From Dimorphilus gyrociliatus (Eukaryota; Animalia; Annelida): a DNA stretch of 51,622 nt. The DNA lies in assembly GCA_904063045.1 (NCBI GenBank), contig CAJFCJ010000064.1:166036-217657 (forward strand), given 5' to 3'. Made by a program: the position numbers and the translations under genes. Within the stretch, counting starts at the first letter, position 1. Each line of letters starts with the position of its first letter. Positions 32,844 through 46,424 of the stretch are shown here, in pieces. The notes under the pieces are model-generated. The model searched no databases and was not told where the DNA came from. It was given only the letters and a program-made list of their open reading frames with translations.

Positions 32844-34483
32844 AGTTTTTTGTGAAATATAACCAAAAATAAAAAAGAGAATAGTAAAATTGTAGATTGT
32901 TGAACCCATCGTGATTTCTCGGACAACTGTGAATATTTTGCAAGTTTTGTATGTTTTGTGAGCAATTGGCCTAACTCAATTTTTCATAAACTTTTTTTCT
33001 TAATAGTTCAGTTCTATTGTAAAAATTAAATGCAATTGTATATTTTATTCTATCCTCTTTTGTACAAATACATAATAGCTTCAAACAGTATTTTAGCCTA
33101 TTTGTTTATGAGTCTCTTTGATAAAGGTCTAGTCAGCATGATATATTTACCATTCAAACACCTGATCTACTAACTTGTTTAGAGTAAGACAAAAGAACAT
33201 GGGCAGATTCTACAGTGAAGCCAGTAACCTTAATGGCCTAGGTTAATGTCAGTGATTACTACAACACAATGTGGCATTAAATTTATAATCACCTTTAATT
33301 TTGACCTTCACCTTTAATTCAATCAATTTCAAATATTTGTGAATAATTTAGTATATTTTCACATTTTCTTACTGTGGACTAAGGGGTTTTAACCAACTCA
33401 AAGATGTTTACTATACGCCTCTTGGTCATAATAGTATTAAGTGAAAAGAAAATTAAAATGAAATTATTGAGCAAAGATTTTGGTTAAAAAACAATATACA
33501 TTTTTCTTACTAGATGAAGCAAGGAACATTTTAACAATACTTTTCAATAGATTTCTTCTGCTATTTCTGATAAGCATAAAAGTGTGGTAAATTTGAGGGC
33601 TGACTCACATTTTATTATAAAACATTCAAATGCCATGTCCACAAATAGTTGAAAATATTATAAATTATACCTCTTGTCATTTAAATTTGAATGAGTAATT
33701 TTTTGTGAGAGTTTAACAAAAGAAATCCAGGTGAATTTCAAAAGAGTGCTTATCTCCTTAAATCAAGAATTTGCAAGACAAATTCTATGAGAATTTAAGT
33801 TAGCAAAAAAAAACAGAGTTGTAAAGATAAAAATTCTGTAAAATAAATTTATACCAAGGTTACCTGGTATATAAAAAACTTGTTTTTTTTTACATAAAGG
33901 TTACACATGTAAGCCTATAGATTAAATTAATGACAAATTTTAACTTTTGAACCATAATGGATAATTAAATTCCATAAATGGATTTGAAATCTGCATGCAA
34001 AAATCACCATGAATGACAAATTTCAGAGCTGATTTTTAAATATAAATAAAGTTAATTTAACCTTGACAAATATTGTATGTAGGCTTATATGCAAAAAATA
34101 ACAACCAAAATTTGACAGCATCATAACTGTAGAACCATAAGAGATAATTGAATTCTATAAAAATAGAAAACTCTGTCTTAATTGATAAAAGAGTTAATTT
34201 TTTTTCTTTAAAAATCACATCTCAGAAACTACTTGGCTGATTTCAATAAAATTTAAAGCAAAATTATTGACAATTATAAAGATATCTCTCATGCCAATTT
34301 TTATTCTTATGAATATTTTAGAGAAAATGTACTGAACCTTAACAACCCTATCTCAAAAGGAATAATAGGTAATTGAACTTTTGTAAAGAGATTTATGATT
34401 GATTAGGAAAATATGAATTTTTTTTGTGTCCAATGAAATCTCTATACACACACATTCGTCAGCTTTATTCTATAGTAGATAAG

Positions 34484-34690
34484 GGGGGCTGTTGAAAACA
34501 CCCATTTTGGTGTCTTTTTGGGGTGAGATTTTGGGTTGGGAATAGGTTAGGGAAAATATGAAAGTATTTGGTTTGTAATTAGGTGGGTCCAAACTTAGGG
34601 TTAGGAACAATGGAACCCTTAGAAGTGAGTCCAGGGCTGGGTTAGGGTTAGGGTAAAACCACAAAACTGTTGGCGTTTTCAACAACATCT
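34484..34690. mobile_element. 207-bp MULE-type MITE with internal TTAGGG motifs
   Basis: TIR tgttgaaaacacc / ggcgttttcaaca; flanks GTAGATAAG and GCAGATAAG (8/9 match). Confidence 0.6.
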
Positions 34691-35224
34691 GCAGATAAGT
34701 AGTATTAAACTAGTATTGCACTGTGCTGATAGCTAATATAGAGATAAGCAGGCTTGACCTACTTTTGTGTAGGGTGGTGCCTGTACAAGGCGTGGCAACA
34801 TATTTTCAAGCTAAATTTTGCAATTTACAATTGAACTTGAATTTTACAATATGATTAATATATAAACTTATAAACCCAAATAATAATGACTTTAATTAAT
34901 TGTTTATTATGGACTCTTTGAAGTCTTAGATCCTATTCATTATTAAGTAGTATTGAACATATAATACGAATTATGGAGAAAATGTCCACTGGAGAAAATG
35001 TCCACTGTTTGGAGAAAATGTCCACTGGAGAAAACATGCTCTGTGTAAAATATTCACTGGAGAAAATGTTGACTATGTACATAAGATGTGGAAAAAAGGT
35101 TATTAAAATTTCAATTTGTGAATATTTGTTATTGGATATAGAATTTACATATTTCTTAGAAATATAATTGTTATATGGAAGTTAAGATTTATATTTTGTG
35201 GTGTATCCAATACATTCCCATAAT

Positions 35225-36599
35225 ACACACATTCTCAATGTTCCTTCTTTCTTTTTCACAAAAACAATTGGTGAAGCCCATTGGCTTTTACTTGCTCTAA
35301 TTAAACCATTCTCTAGTAATCCATTAAGTTGATCCCTGCATTCCTGTTGTTTGTTGGGTGGTAATCTGTATGGTCTTTGTTTAAAAGGTTTCACATCTTC
35401 CAATAATTCAATTGCCATTGGTGGGACATCTGGTGAACCAATATCATTTTGATTTGTAGCAATAATGTCTTCATAATTCTTGATCATGTCTTATAATTCT
35501 TCTCTGCTTTTGTCAAGATTATTTTTGGACACATGTAAATAATTGTCAATTTCTACTGTATTTGAATTAATATTGTGTACATTTTGGTCAGACAAATGTT
35601 CAAACTCAATACTTTCCAGCTGTAATTCTTCTATTTCAGGAGTTGTTGGAGTCTTCTTTTGTTCTTTTTCAATTTTGATAGTTATTCCATCTTCTAATTC
35701 TATGTATTGTGTTTTCATTTCCATTTCTGTAGCCAATTCTTCAGTTGTGTTTTCAGCTTCATCTTCAGATGAATTAATGATAATAACTGAGTTGTTATCT
35801 GAAGCAGTTGCATTGCCAGTCTCTTCATCAGATGAATCTATAACAATAACTGAGTCATTGTCAGAATCAGGTGTGTTGTCAGTTGCTTCTTCAGATGAGT
35901 TTGTGCAATTCACTAAGTCCAAATCTGAGTCTGAGTTATTGTCTGGTTCAGCACTTGCTTCTGAACCATAATCTTCAGAAGTACTGGAAGTTTCATCTGT
36001 GCCATAGTTGCTATTTGAGTCAAAGCCATGGAATTCCTCATAGACTATGCTTGAACCAAAAGTATTGCTTGTATCATATCCAGTATCTGGATCAGTAATT
36101 TCCATATCTGAGTCCACACTATCTGAAACTTCTGAAGGAGTGTCATACTCTTGATAGTGTTGTCCAATCATTCCAACAGTTACTTTTTGTATGTTGCCTT
36201 GTTTTCTAAACTTGGTTTGGTGGTTTTGATTTTGTTGCAGAAACTTTTTAACTGGTTCCCCTTTTCTGATAAAGAATGGAAGAGAAACTTGTTTTGTTGC
36301 AAAATTAAAAAGAGCTCCAGTATTTTCTAGGAAATCACAACCAAGAATTATAGCTATATCAAGTTTTTCCAAAATAAAAAATTCTTCCAGCAAACTGGAT
36401 GTTTAGTTTGGTTTTTCCTTTTGTCTTTAAAGCATTTCCCTCTGCTGAAGTAATAATTGGTAAGCCAGTGGTATTCATCTTTATGAATTTTGGGTCCATT
36501 AACTTGATTTCTTTTTCTGTAATAAAGGATAAAAGTGCTCCTGAGTCACATAAAGCAATGACCTCTCTTCCATTATGATTTTTCATTCAAAATTGAAAC
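35225..36599 (-). pseudogene. Gypsy protease-spacer-RT N-terminus fragment inside the MULE
   Basis: ALCDSGALLSFI, long acidic spacer, QRPYRLP...RMCV. Homologous to 22890-24150, with a short deletion between AGAATT direct repeats near 36390. Confidence 0.9.
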
Positions 36600-36755
36600 A
36601 ATACTAGTTTAATACTACTTATTTATTGTAAAATAGAGCTGGCGAATGTATTGTACCTATGTGTACATATTTACTAATTAAATTTTTGATTTTCAGTATA
36701 AATTTTCAAAAAAATACTTTTTTATATTTTTGAATTTTTAAAACATTTTTTAAAT

Positions 36756-37022
36756 ATGAATTTTAATATAAAAATTGTAAAAATATTTTGGCATTTACAT
36801 TCTTTCATCCAATTTGCATATGGATTTGCATTCAAAATAGGATCAGATAACTCTGTTACTTTTATAGCAGAGGTTTATGATGATGAATCAAAGGAATTTT
36901 ATCCAGTGTTATTTAATAAATGTGCTAAACATAATTTAACTGAATTTTGTGCCAATTCCAAAAATTTTGACAATTTATATGTTGAAATGCAATCTTGTCA
37001 ATCAAAGCTAAAAAGTGAGTGA
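36756..37022 (+). other. Host-like exon (hydrophobic leader plus SRCR-like start) inside the MULE
   Basis: IVKIFWHLHSFIQFAYG then AEVYDDESKEFYPV...NLTEFCANSKNF loosely resembles the SRCR-like exons at 383, 39432 and 41814. Confidence 0.35.
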
Positions 37023-37377
37023 TTTGCTCTAAATTTTTTTTTGACACCTAGGAAATTTCAAATTATACTTTTAGAAAGAAAATTTTTTGAATACATAAAT
37101 GGTGAATATGTTTTAAAAAGAATTTCAAATGACAGTACTCATTTCATAATTAATTACTTATGTATTACTTGTTGGAAAAGAACAAAATGTTTGTTTCAAG
37201 AGAAATAGGACAAAAATCCAGTTTATTTTGCTTGTTTCTGTTCAAATTTTTAGATATTTTTCCAGTACAAAATGATAAATATCATTTCAACATTACTTAT
37301 AGGGATTATATGACCAATTATCGTGTAATTCACTTTCAAACAAATAGATTAAGTATTTGTAGACAAATCCAGTTCAA

Positions 37378-38367
37378 ATGGAGAATGATAGAATACTGAT
37401 ATTTTCAACTTTAAAGCAAATTGACTTATTATCAAAGGGTAAAATATGGTTTATGGATGGCACATTTAAATGTGTAAAAGACCCATTTTATCAACTTTTT
37501 TCCATTCATGGATTCATCAAAAAGAATGGTGAGATGAAACAAGTTCCAATGGCATTTGCTTTTATGGGATCCAAGAAAAAGGTGGCTTACAAGAAACTTT
37601 TTAAGGTACAGAAACTTTACATTTCAACTTTAATGATCTAATAACTTTCAAAGCAGGCAATGCAAGATTTAACAAATGGACATAGCCCTAAAAAAATTGT
37701 TGTGGACTTTGAAAAGGCTATTTGGAAAGCTTTATCCTCCACTTATCCTCAGACAATCATTAAAGGATGTGTTTTTCACTGGACTCAAGCAGTTTATAGA
37801 AAGATTCAAGTAATTGAATCAACCACTTCAGATGCAGATATAATACATATGTTTTTTTTCCAGGAATTGGGATTTTGTAAGATGTACAAGGAAAGAGGAG
37901 CAGAATATGATGTCATGAAGAAGTTAATGACCTTACCTTTCCTGCCTTCTGATTTAGTTCAACCAACTTTTCAGGCTATAAAAGAAATATGTTCCTTTGA
38001 AATACATCCTTTATTTGAGAACATTGAAACTCAATGGATAGATGGATATTTTAAACCAGAGATGTGGTCTGTATATGGTGAGGCTATCAGAACCAATAAT
38101 GACCTTGAGGGCTGGCATCACAGGTTGAACAAAAATCATCAATCTAACTCTGGCTTCTATTCCCTTTTGGATGAACTGAAAAGAGAAGCAGATCTGATAA
38201 AACTATATAAAAAACTGCTGAGCGAGAAGAAAATCTGTAGACAGCAAAGAAAAGCATATCAGAATATTCAAAGCAAAATATTTAGCTTATGGCAACAATT
38301 TGAGGTTGCTTCAATCACATCATTGGATTTACTTGAAAAAGCTTCCAATATTTATAGCCCAGTCTAA
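37378..38367 (+). CDS. MULE DDE transposase core (5'-truncated), introns 37606-37656 and 37810-37863
   Basis: WFMDGTF (D1), YQLFSIHG, VVDFE (D2), GCVFHW (CxxH), RTNNDLEGWH (E). Short GT-AG introns restore a continuous alignment. Confidence 0.9.
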
Positions 38368-38779
38368 TATCTCTTTGTTCTTCAATTTTGTTACACTATT
38401 GTCTATCATTATTATTATTATTGGTCTTTAGTTGTACTTATTTAATATATTCATATTCAAATATTTCCAGTTGTTCTTATTTAGTTTTTTCCTTTCAAAT
38501 TTCCCTTATAACTCTGAATATTAAATATTTTCATCCCTACATCAAATTCCTCTTATAGGCATTTCATCTATTGGACATTTTCTCCAGTGGACGTTTTCTC
38601 CAAATAGTGGACGTTTTCTCTAGTGGACATTTTCTCCTGTACCCATATAATACTACTAAAAACATATAATAAGTAAATATGCTTCCTCCTTATACACACA
38701 TGCTAAATTTATTTGACTGCTTCATTCGTTGTAGACTGGTTTGTTGTCTATTCATTTTTTATCATTATACAAATGTCTA

Positions 38780-41700
38780 CCTGATAAGAATCTCTTTCTA
38801 AGCAATATTCTTCTTTTGAATTTGTATGTCTTTTTTGATAAAGTTGCTTTGGGAGATTTTGATAGATGATATTATCAGAAGATCCAGTTTGAAAGAGTGG
38901 AAAGTTTAATGTAAATTCACTTGGTGTTGTAAATACAGTGTGATTTTTTACACTAATAAACTCGTGAACTTCTGAAAGCAGAAGTAATTTTTTTTATGAA
39001 ATTAGAGATTGAAAATAATTTAGCATTGTTACTAAATAAAAGATATATATCTTTTAAATCGAGTAGTGATTTAAGAAATGTTAAAATAATTTCTTTGTTC
39101 AAAGATGGCAAATCTGTCATAGTGTAACCTTCATTATGGCATTGTGTCTCTACTGTGAAAACTGTCTCGCAGTCTTTAAATGATAACGATTTGTAACAAA
39201 CATCATAGAGAGAGATAAATGTGTCATTTGGACTTTTTTCAATAGATTCATTTGAACATTCAAGATCAGAGTTGATTGACATCCAGTCATATCTGTTGTT
39301 TTTTGTTTTTTTAATAAAAAAATCTTTGGTGTCATCTAAAATATCTAAAAATTGTCAATAGAAATAGGAAAACACAATGTCAAAGGTAATGATATCATTG
39401 ACCTTTTGACCTTTGTACATTTTTTTTCTACCTACACATCAGGGTCAATTTCACAGAGATTAATATCACTGTTATTTGGACAAGAGAAACTTTCAAATGT
39501 GCTCTTGACATTGTTAGGAATATTAATAATTGAAGTTGCATGAATAAATCCAAATTGAGAGCATATTTTTGATTGAGCTGAATAATATAAATATCTAAAA
39601 TTTGACCAATTTCCATTCAAGAGAATGTAGACTTGTCCAGCTATTTTATTGGTAGAACTATAAGTTTCTGGAAAGATTTCACTACGATTGTTAGTAATCA
39701 TTTTAATGTCTAGAAAATCAAAAAAATTATTTTTGCATTTTTTTTATTGTATTTAAATTATTTTCAATTCTTACTGATTTCAGATTCTCTTTTTTTTTCA
39801 ATTTCTTTGCATGTGGTTGCATTTGAGTGATAATGCAAGTAGTACTTGCTTCAATCCTTTCACAATGTAACACTGGAAAACTATTGTTCAACTGACAATA
39901 TAGTACAATTTGTTAATTAATTGGCATATAAAAAATGGCGTATCATATCTAGGCCTACATGTGCATTGGGTAAAGAAGTGTGATTATACCAGTTAATAGT
40001 TTTATTGTGAGTTTGGCAAAACAGATTGCTAACTAATTCAAAATTAGAAACAATGAATGGTAAAGACATTCCAAAAGTTTTTGAATCTATATAGAAATTT
40101 CCTTTTTCCTTTCCAAATATTTTCTCATCCAAATAGAAATAAGAATCTTTTTCTTCATTGCTAAATTGTTTAATTTTAAAATCTGTAATAAAAGAAAGAC
40201 TCAACAAGCAAAATTGGTGCGAAAAAGCCATTTTACCATTCAATTCATCAAATATACAATCGATGACTGTCTGATTTCTAATACTACTTGTATGAATGTC
40301 AAGGTCATTGTTAAATTGTAAGTTAAAATTTGATAACGAGCATAATTCTTCTCTATCAGTTCTCATCTGTTTGGTTTGTAATAGAGAATGTTTTGAATTA
40401 TTCCTCAAATAAAGCCTATACAATGGAAATGAAGATGATGTCCAATTATTAGCAATGGAAAATATATCTAGACAAAAGTTGATTAAAAATGAAAGAATTT
40501 TTGTTTGTTGTTTTAAAAACAATTGAAAATAAAACAAACAATTTGAAGTTGTTTTAAAACATTTAATTAGTAGTTTGTCAAAGGATGTTGAATTTTCAAA
40601 TACTCTTTATAAAAGAAAGAAAAACAACGTGTATATATGACGTTACGCCTAATTTACATAATTTAATATAGTATAGCTTTTTACATTCCGTTTAATGTAT
40701 CCTTATTTGAAAAAACACCAATTGGATAAAAGTATGGTGTTACTTTTAAACAATTGCCAATTGAATGTAAATTGTCATAACCAAAATGGTTGCATAATTT
40801 ATTAGAAAGTGTAACAGTTATTTTTGAATATTTCAAAAAGTAAGCATTCTTTTCAAATTTCCTTTTGGCAGTTATAGTTAATAAATTGTAATTATTTGTT
40901 GTTTCATAAATAGAATGGAACCAGTCTATTGGTAATATATGTCTCTGATTATTTGTAAACTCTGTACATTCTACATTGATGCAAACTTCATCTTTTAGAT
41001 ATAAATGTGGTTCAAAATAGCAATTTTCAATATGATTGTCAATGGCTGTATCACAATTTTTAAAATATGTAAAATTCTGAAATATTTGTGTATAGACATT
41101 ACGTTGGTGTTTGCAATTCTTCTATAAAGGGTTACCTGGTGTGTAGGTTTAGAATCGCATTTTTTAACTTCCAAAGTGTTTGAACCTAATAGACAAGCTG
41201 ACTGACAAGCCGATTGATGGTCAATTGAAGCAATGCACATATCATACACATCTAGAGTTTTTCCTCTAAAACTAGTTTCAATATATTGAAGATTTTTGAT
41301 AAAAGTTTCTCTTTTCCAAATATGTAAATCTGGAAATGAAAAAGTATTAAAAATAAACTGGTAGAATAAATTAATATTTTACCATCTAATTCTCTATAGG
41401 TGCATTGTGTTTGTTTTAGTTTAATTTTTTGAATTTTTAACTTTCCATTTTTGTTTAGAATAATTGTAAAAGATTTATTAATTTTTTCCCTAAGATAATC
41501 AAAAGCTTCCATTCATTTTGATGCTATATTTAATGCACTTTTTTGACAATACTCCTTCCTTTTTTCACCAACATTTCCAGCTTCATAAATGTTTTGTTGA
41601 TATTTGAAAAATAAAAGATTTAAGTGTTCATTTTCTCTCATAGTGAGAAAATCTGTGAAAATAGAATTTCTTTTTTTTCAAAATTTAAAAAAAAAAACAT

Positions 41701-42131
41701 TTTAATAATAATTTTCTGCCACAATTGTTTTTCCACTTTCTGTTTATATTCAAAGGAAAAAAACTGAAAGGAGAAAGATTGGGAATAATTGAAAAATTTA
41801 TTGACTTTTTTTCTTACAATTTACACATTGATTCTTCAAAAACTAAGCATTTTGTATCTCTAATGTTATCACTTTCTGATATGAAAGATATAAATGAGTC
41901 ATAACCAAAAAATTTGCATAAATGATTTGTCATATTCAAATTGAGTAATGTGAATGAAACATCATAAACTCTAAACTTTCCAACCATTAATTTAACATGA
42001 CCTTGAGCATAACTTTTATCATATTTAGTGATACCCATCACCAATCTTTTATGAAAACATTGACTGAAAGAAGTATGGAGAATATTTAAGAAGATAAAAA
42101 AAAATATTATTCTACTGTTGAAGAAAATCAT
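38780..42131 (-). pseudogene. Multi-exon secreted mosaic protein with SRCR-like and C-type-lectin-like modules; several frameshifts/stops
   Basis: Signal peptide MIFFNSRIIFFFIFLNILHTSFS (ATG 42131); GHVKL...LCKFFGY and GQVYILLNGNW...ICSQFGF...FSC (SRCR-like); CYK...C...E (lectin-like). Architecture resembles the N-terminus of the receptor at 1-5038. Confidence 0.55.
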
Positions 42132-42868
42132 ATTCTCAGCAAACAATAAACTAAGTAAAATAATCTGAAATATTATTTTTAAAAATATAAAAATATAGAA
42201 ATTTCAAATTTTTCAAATGAAACAAGTACTCAATTAGAAACAGATCTTGGGGAAATTGAAATTTGACAAAAAAGAGCTAATTAGACAATTTGAGAAGTAA
42301 TCAATGTGATTTCCTTCTTTACAAATTATAATACAATTATAGTTTATTTCAAGCAATTTCAATTTCAATTAATAAAACATTGTCATAACACAAGGGACTC
42401 CTACAATAGAAATGAACAAATGCAGCTTACTCAAACAGAATGACTATAGTGTGAAAAGCAGACTGTTGAGAGTGTTCATTTACACTTCATTTGAAATTAA
42501 ATGTTTCGAGGCCTACACTTTTCTTAAAAATAGATTTTAATCAACTTGCAAAAGAATTGATAGTCAAAATAGTTCTTTGCTATTTATCAAAGATAAAGTG
42601 AACTAATTCCTCAAAACAGAAATATTGAGCAATTTGCAAACTTTTCTTTTATCAACCCTTGTTGTTGAAAATTCTATCTCTTTTTTTAGTTAACTGAAGA
42701 CAAAATATGAACTTGAACCAATTTTTTTCTCATTTACTAATGTATTTCCCTGAAAAGAATGAAATACAGAGATTTGATGTATGGCTTGATTTTTCCTTTC
42801 AATAATTTCTGGATTTTTGATGAAGAATATACAAAAAATGCAACATTGCCTTCCAATTGAAATTTTTC

Positions 42869-43588
42869 AATTGTAGGAATTTCTGCTTCTTCAGAACAGT
42901 ATTCATCCTTTCCAATCATTTATCAATTTACCAAAGTACTGGTCCAATTAGAACCTTTCAAGTTCGTCCACAAATAGTCTTAACAAATGTAATTTCGGTA
43001 GAAATAATTCAACAAAATACCAGTATTTTGTCCAAAGAATATGTATTGAGTAAATGAGTTTCTAGTTCTAAACAAGTAAGTTTAAACAACCAGTTAACTG
43101 TTAAAGAACTGAACTGACAAGCTGAGGAAATGCATTTCCTTTTATACATTTTCCAAAGCTTGGGTTCAAGTGGTCAAAGGATTACAAAGTTGAAATCTAA
43201 CAGTCTCACAATTCTCATGTAACAAAAATATGAAAGACTGTTATATCACACATATAAAATATAATCTTAAGATTAGGGCCACATGCCAAACATGTGCCAC
43301 AGCAAACAGGCCTGTCTCATCAGCATCTGGTGTTTGACCTGCATCTTTTCCATGTTCTTTGTTCCTTTGTTAATTCCCCAAGTAGCCACCATCTGTTACA
43401 GTCAAAGAGTCTATTTCTTACGAAATAGAGTTCTTTCTAAAGTACTAAAAGCTAACTCTACAAAATAAAAGTCTTTCTAAAGTTCCACCACTATAATTCC
43501 TACGAAATATAAGTATTTCTATAGTTGCACCAGTCTAATTCCTATAAAATAGAAGTCTTTCTAATGTACCCTTATATCTAAGTGCACA
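42869..43588 (-). mobile_element. LTR family 2 copy (about 20 bp missing at its 3' end)
   Basis: Closely colinear with 18093-18867; same atatctaagtgcaca terminus. Confidence 0.85.
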
Positions 43589-43634
43589 TTTTGAAATATT
43601 TTTTCTTAAAAATTTAGATTTAGAATTTTGTAAA

Positions 43635-44569
43635 TGTACACATACATTCGTCAGCTATATTCTACAATAGAGAAGTAGTATTGAACCAGTATTGTATTAT
43701 GCATATAGCACTGATAAAGATAAGCAGTAGTGACCTAGTTTCACATAGGGCAGTGCATACACATTATGCAGCAATAAAACCTATTGAATTATATAAAGAA
43801 TATTTGCTATTTGCAACCTAGCATTAATATTACAATTTATTAATCCATAAATTTATGATTTTGAACTAAAACTAGTTCAATTAATTATCAATTATGCTTA
43901 AATTCTAAGTTTAGATTATATTCACTATTCAACAGTATTGTATACACAATACTGTTCTTTTTAACATGCATTAATCAGATATACTTCCTCCTTATATGCT
44001 GATGCTAAATTTACTAACTCAATCAATTGAATATCATTATTAAGGTAGAATATAAAAATGGTCAAATATACAATCTACATGTTTTCTTGATTGTTGGACT
44101 TGTGCTACTAAAATTGTTACATCTTATGCAACTCTCCAACCTTCGAAATTCAACTATTATTTAGAAGAGGAAAACAATAAAAACATGACCATATTTAGAA
44201 CTTTTCTTTGTCTTCAAATGTTACTTTTGTTTTTGTGAACATTGAAATTTGTGAACTATCAACCCTTAAAAGAGTATATAAACCCTATGAAATTAACAGT
44301 TGATAGTTCAGTTTTCTAACTGTCAGCTAGTTGTTTAAACTAGCTTGTTTAGAACTAGAAGCTCATTTTACTCAATACATATTCTTTGGACGAAATACTG
44401 GTGTTTTGTTAATCAATTTCTACCGAAATTGCCTTTGTTAGACTATTTGTGGACGAACTTTAAAGGTTCTATTTGAACCAGTACTTTGGCAAGTTGGTAA
44501 ATGATTGGAAAGGACGATTACAGTTGTGACGAACCAAAAATTCCTACAATTACAATACAACAAAGTACA
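43635..44569 (+). mobile_element. LTR family 1 copy, probable 5' LTR of an internally deleted element
   Basis: TGTAC...GTACA termini, TATATAAA, shared R/U5 with 31891-32843. Followed by TGG (PBS-like, weak) and an IN-env remnant in the same orientation. Confidence 0.8.
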
Positions 44570-44706
44570 AATATGGAGCAGTTGACAGCCAACAATGCTA
44601 CTTCAATGAATGTTATTTTGGTTTATGAGAATGACAAAGCCATAGCCAAGGAAGTAGATGTGTAGCTTTCAAAAATTAATGAATTAATGTTGAGAATTAA
44701 AAGTTA

Positions 44707-45295
44707 ATGGAAGTTCCAAGATTAGAACCAACAACAAAATTCTTATTTGATAGAAAACATGAACTTGAAGAAATTAGAGCAACAGCACTTTGCAAATCTG
44801 TTCTAAAAAAGAAGGAATATAGAGATAGAGTTAATAAAGCTATTACAAGAAAACCTCCAACTTACAAAATTGGTGATTGGGTACACAAAAGAAATGAAAA
44901 CATTGGTCAAGGAATGAACAGAATAAATACAAGCAAATGGAGTGGACCATATCTTGTAACTGCTACAGATACTACAAAATGTTTGTATAAATTACAAATA
45001 TTGGCAGATAAAAGAAAATTCTACCATGCTAGTAGACTAAGACTAACTAACAAACAAGCTATAACAGTTAACACAGTGACAGTAAGGAAACAGCAAACAA
45101 ATGGTGTAATGCTGCCTATCAGAGGATCAATAATTTATACACTGTTAGCAATATGCTGTTTAAACTTGGTCCAAGCAAATGTATCCATAACAAAAGCAAA
45201 CATAACTGTAAGAATGCTACCATCAGTACAGTTTTGTCAAGGACAACAAGTACACCAATCATTTGATTTAGCAGATGAACCAGTATGTATATACA
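44707..45295 (+). pseudogene. Integrase C-terminus/envelope N-terminus fragment (second copy of the fusion junction)
   Basis: MEVPRLEPTTKFLFDRK...KWSGPY...LPIRGSIIYTLLAICCLNLVQANVSITKANITVRMLPSVQFCQGQQ closely matches 29045-29625. Confidence 0.9.
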
Positions 45296-46424
45296 ATACA
45301 TACAACAAAGTACAATTTATAATATTAAAAAGACACTGGAATCAAAGAGCTCAATGATTTTGAGAGAAGTAGTTCAGAAATAGTGAAAAATGATATATTT
45401 GATAGTGATTCTAGTAATTTATTTAGTCTAATAATAAATAACAAAGTCAGAAAACAAAATAAGAAAAACAAATGGAAATGGTGCTAGAGTTGATATTTCA
45501 AGAAAAACCAGCACCAATGAATGCTAAAGATCCGAAATTTAACAATCAAAACACAGAGATAAAAAAACAGGAACAATGAAAAGCATTTCAAACTTTAATG
45601 TTGAATAGTTAATCATTAAAGCTTTCTGAATTTCTTAATTGTAGTTGAAAATTATTATATGAAAACAATAATTTGAATTCAAAGAACTATTTCTTCATAA
45701 AATTGTTACTCTTTGATAAGAGATAACAAAATATACTTAGAGTTTATTTAACTATACAAATCAAATATATTTTAATTGAATACATGATTAAAAACAACAT
45801 CTGAAATGTTTTGAAAATTTTAAAGTAAAATATACAACTTAAATGTTTTAATAGAACCATGTATTAGACATTTTTGTTCAAAAAATCATCTCAAAGCTTA
45901 GAACAAAAAAATTTACAATTCAAATGAAACTTTAAAAATCATTTGAAATCACAATACATTATAATGATTTAAGATTTATTTTTTAAATATCTAGTTTTAA
46001 AAATATGTCAAACTAAATCAAAAAAACCAAATCATTAATAGTTGATCAAAATCTTATAATAAAAAAATCATTAAGATCTAAAAGCATATTTCAATTAAAC
46101 ATAATTTATTAAAAACTAAATAGAATAACTTTCTATATTATCCTATAATAAAAGAATCATTTAGATCTAAGAGCACTACTTGCTATAATTCATAATAAAC
46201 TAAAAAAGATAACTTTATATAATCTGTCAAACTTAGTGATGTAATTTTATCTCAATCATATGTCAATAATCTTGATATAATTTGGAATAAAAAATAAAAT
46301 AACTATCTTAAACACAGTTTTGAATGTAATTTTCAAAAATAATTTTAAATATTCTTTAAAACAATAATTTAAATAGAGAATTGAAGGGTAAACTTTTTAA
46401 AAGAAAAAAAACCAAAAAGCCCCC

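Larger units (their letters stand above)
34967..38643 (+). mobile_element. Pack-MULE-like element with captured sequences and a spliced transposase core
   Basis: 9-bp TSD CATATAATA at 34958-34966 and 38644-38652. TIRs of GGAGAAAATGTCCACT 16-mers at both ends in inverted orientation. Confidence 0.8.
34443..38710 (+). mobile_element. Partial family-1-like LTR, target of two later insertions (LTR parts about 34443-34966 and 38644-38710)
   Basis: cacattcgtcagct...agtagtatt...cttcctccttata is colinear with 43635-44010 once 34484-34690 and 34967-38643 are removed. Confidence 0.65.

Noticed and set aside
34973-35167. Repetitive ORF MEKMSTGENVH... (and 24667/24738/25602 ORFs with CERT repeats)
   Set aside because: Translations of the TIR 16-mer arrays, not proteins.
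44574-44590. Assignable primer-binding site (TGGAGCAGTTGACAG)
   Set aside because: Position is suggestive, but I cannot match it confidently to a specific tRNA 3' end without the host tRNA set.
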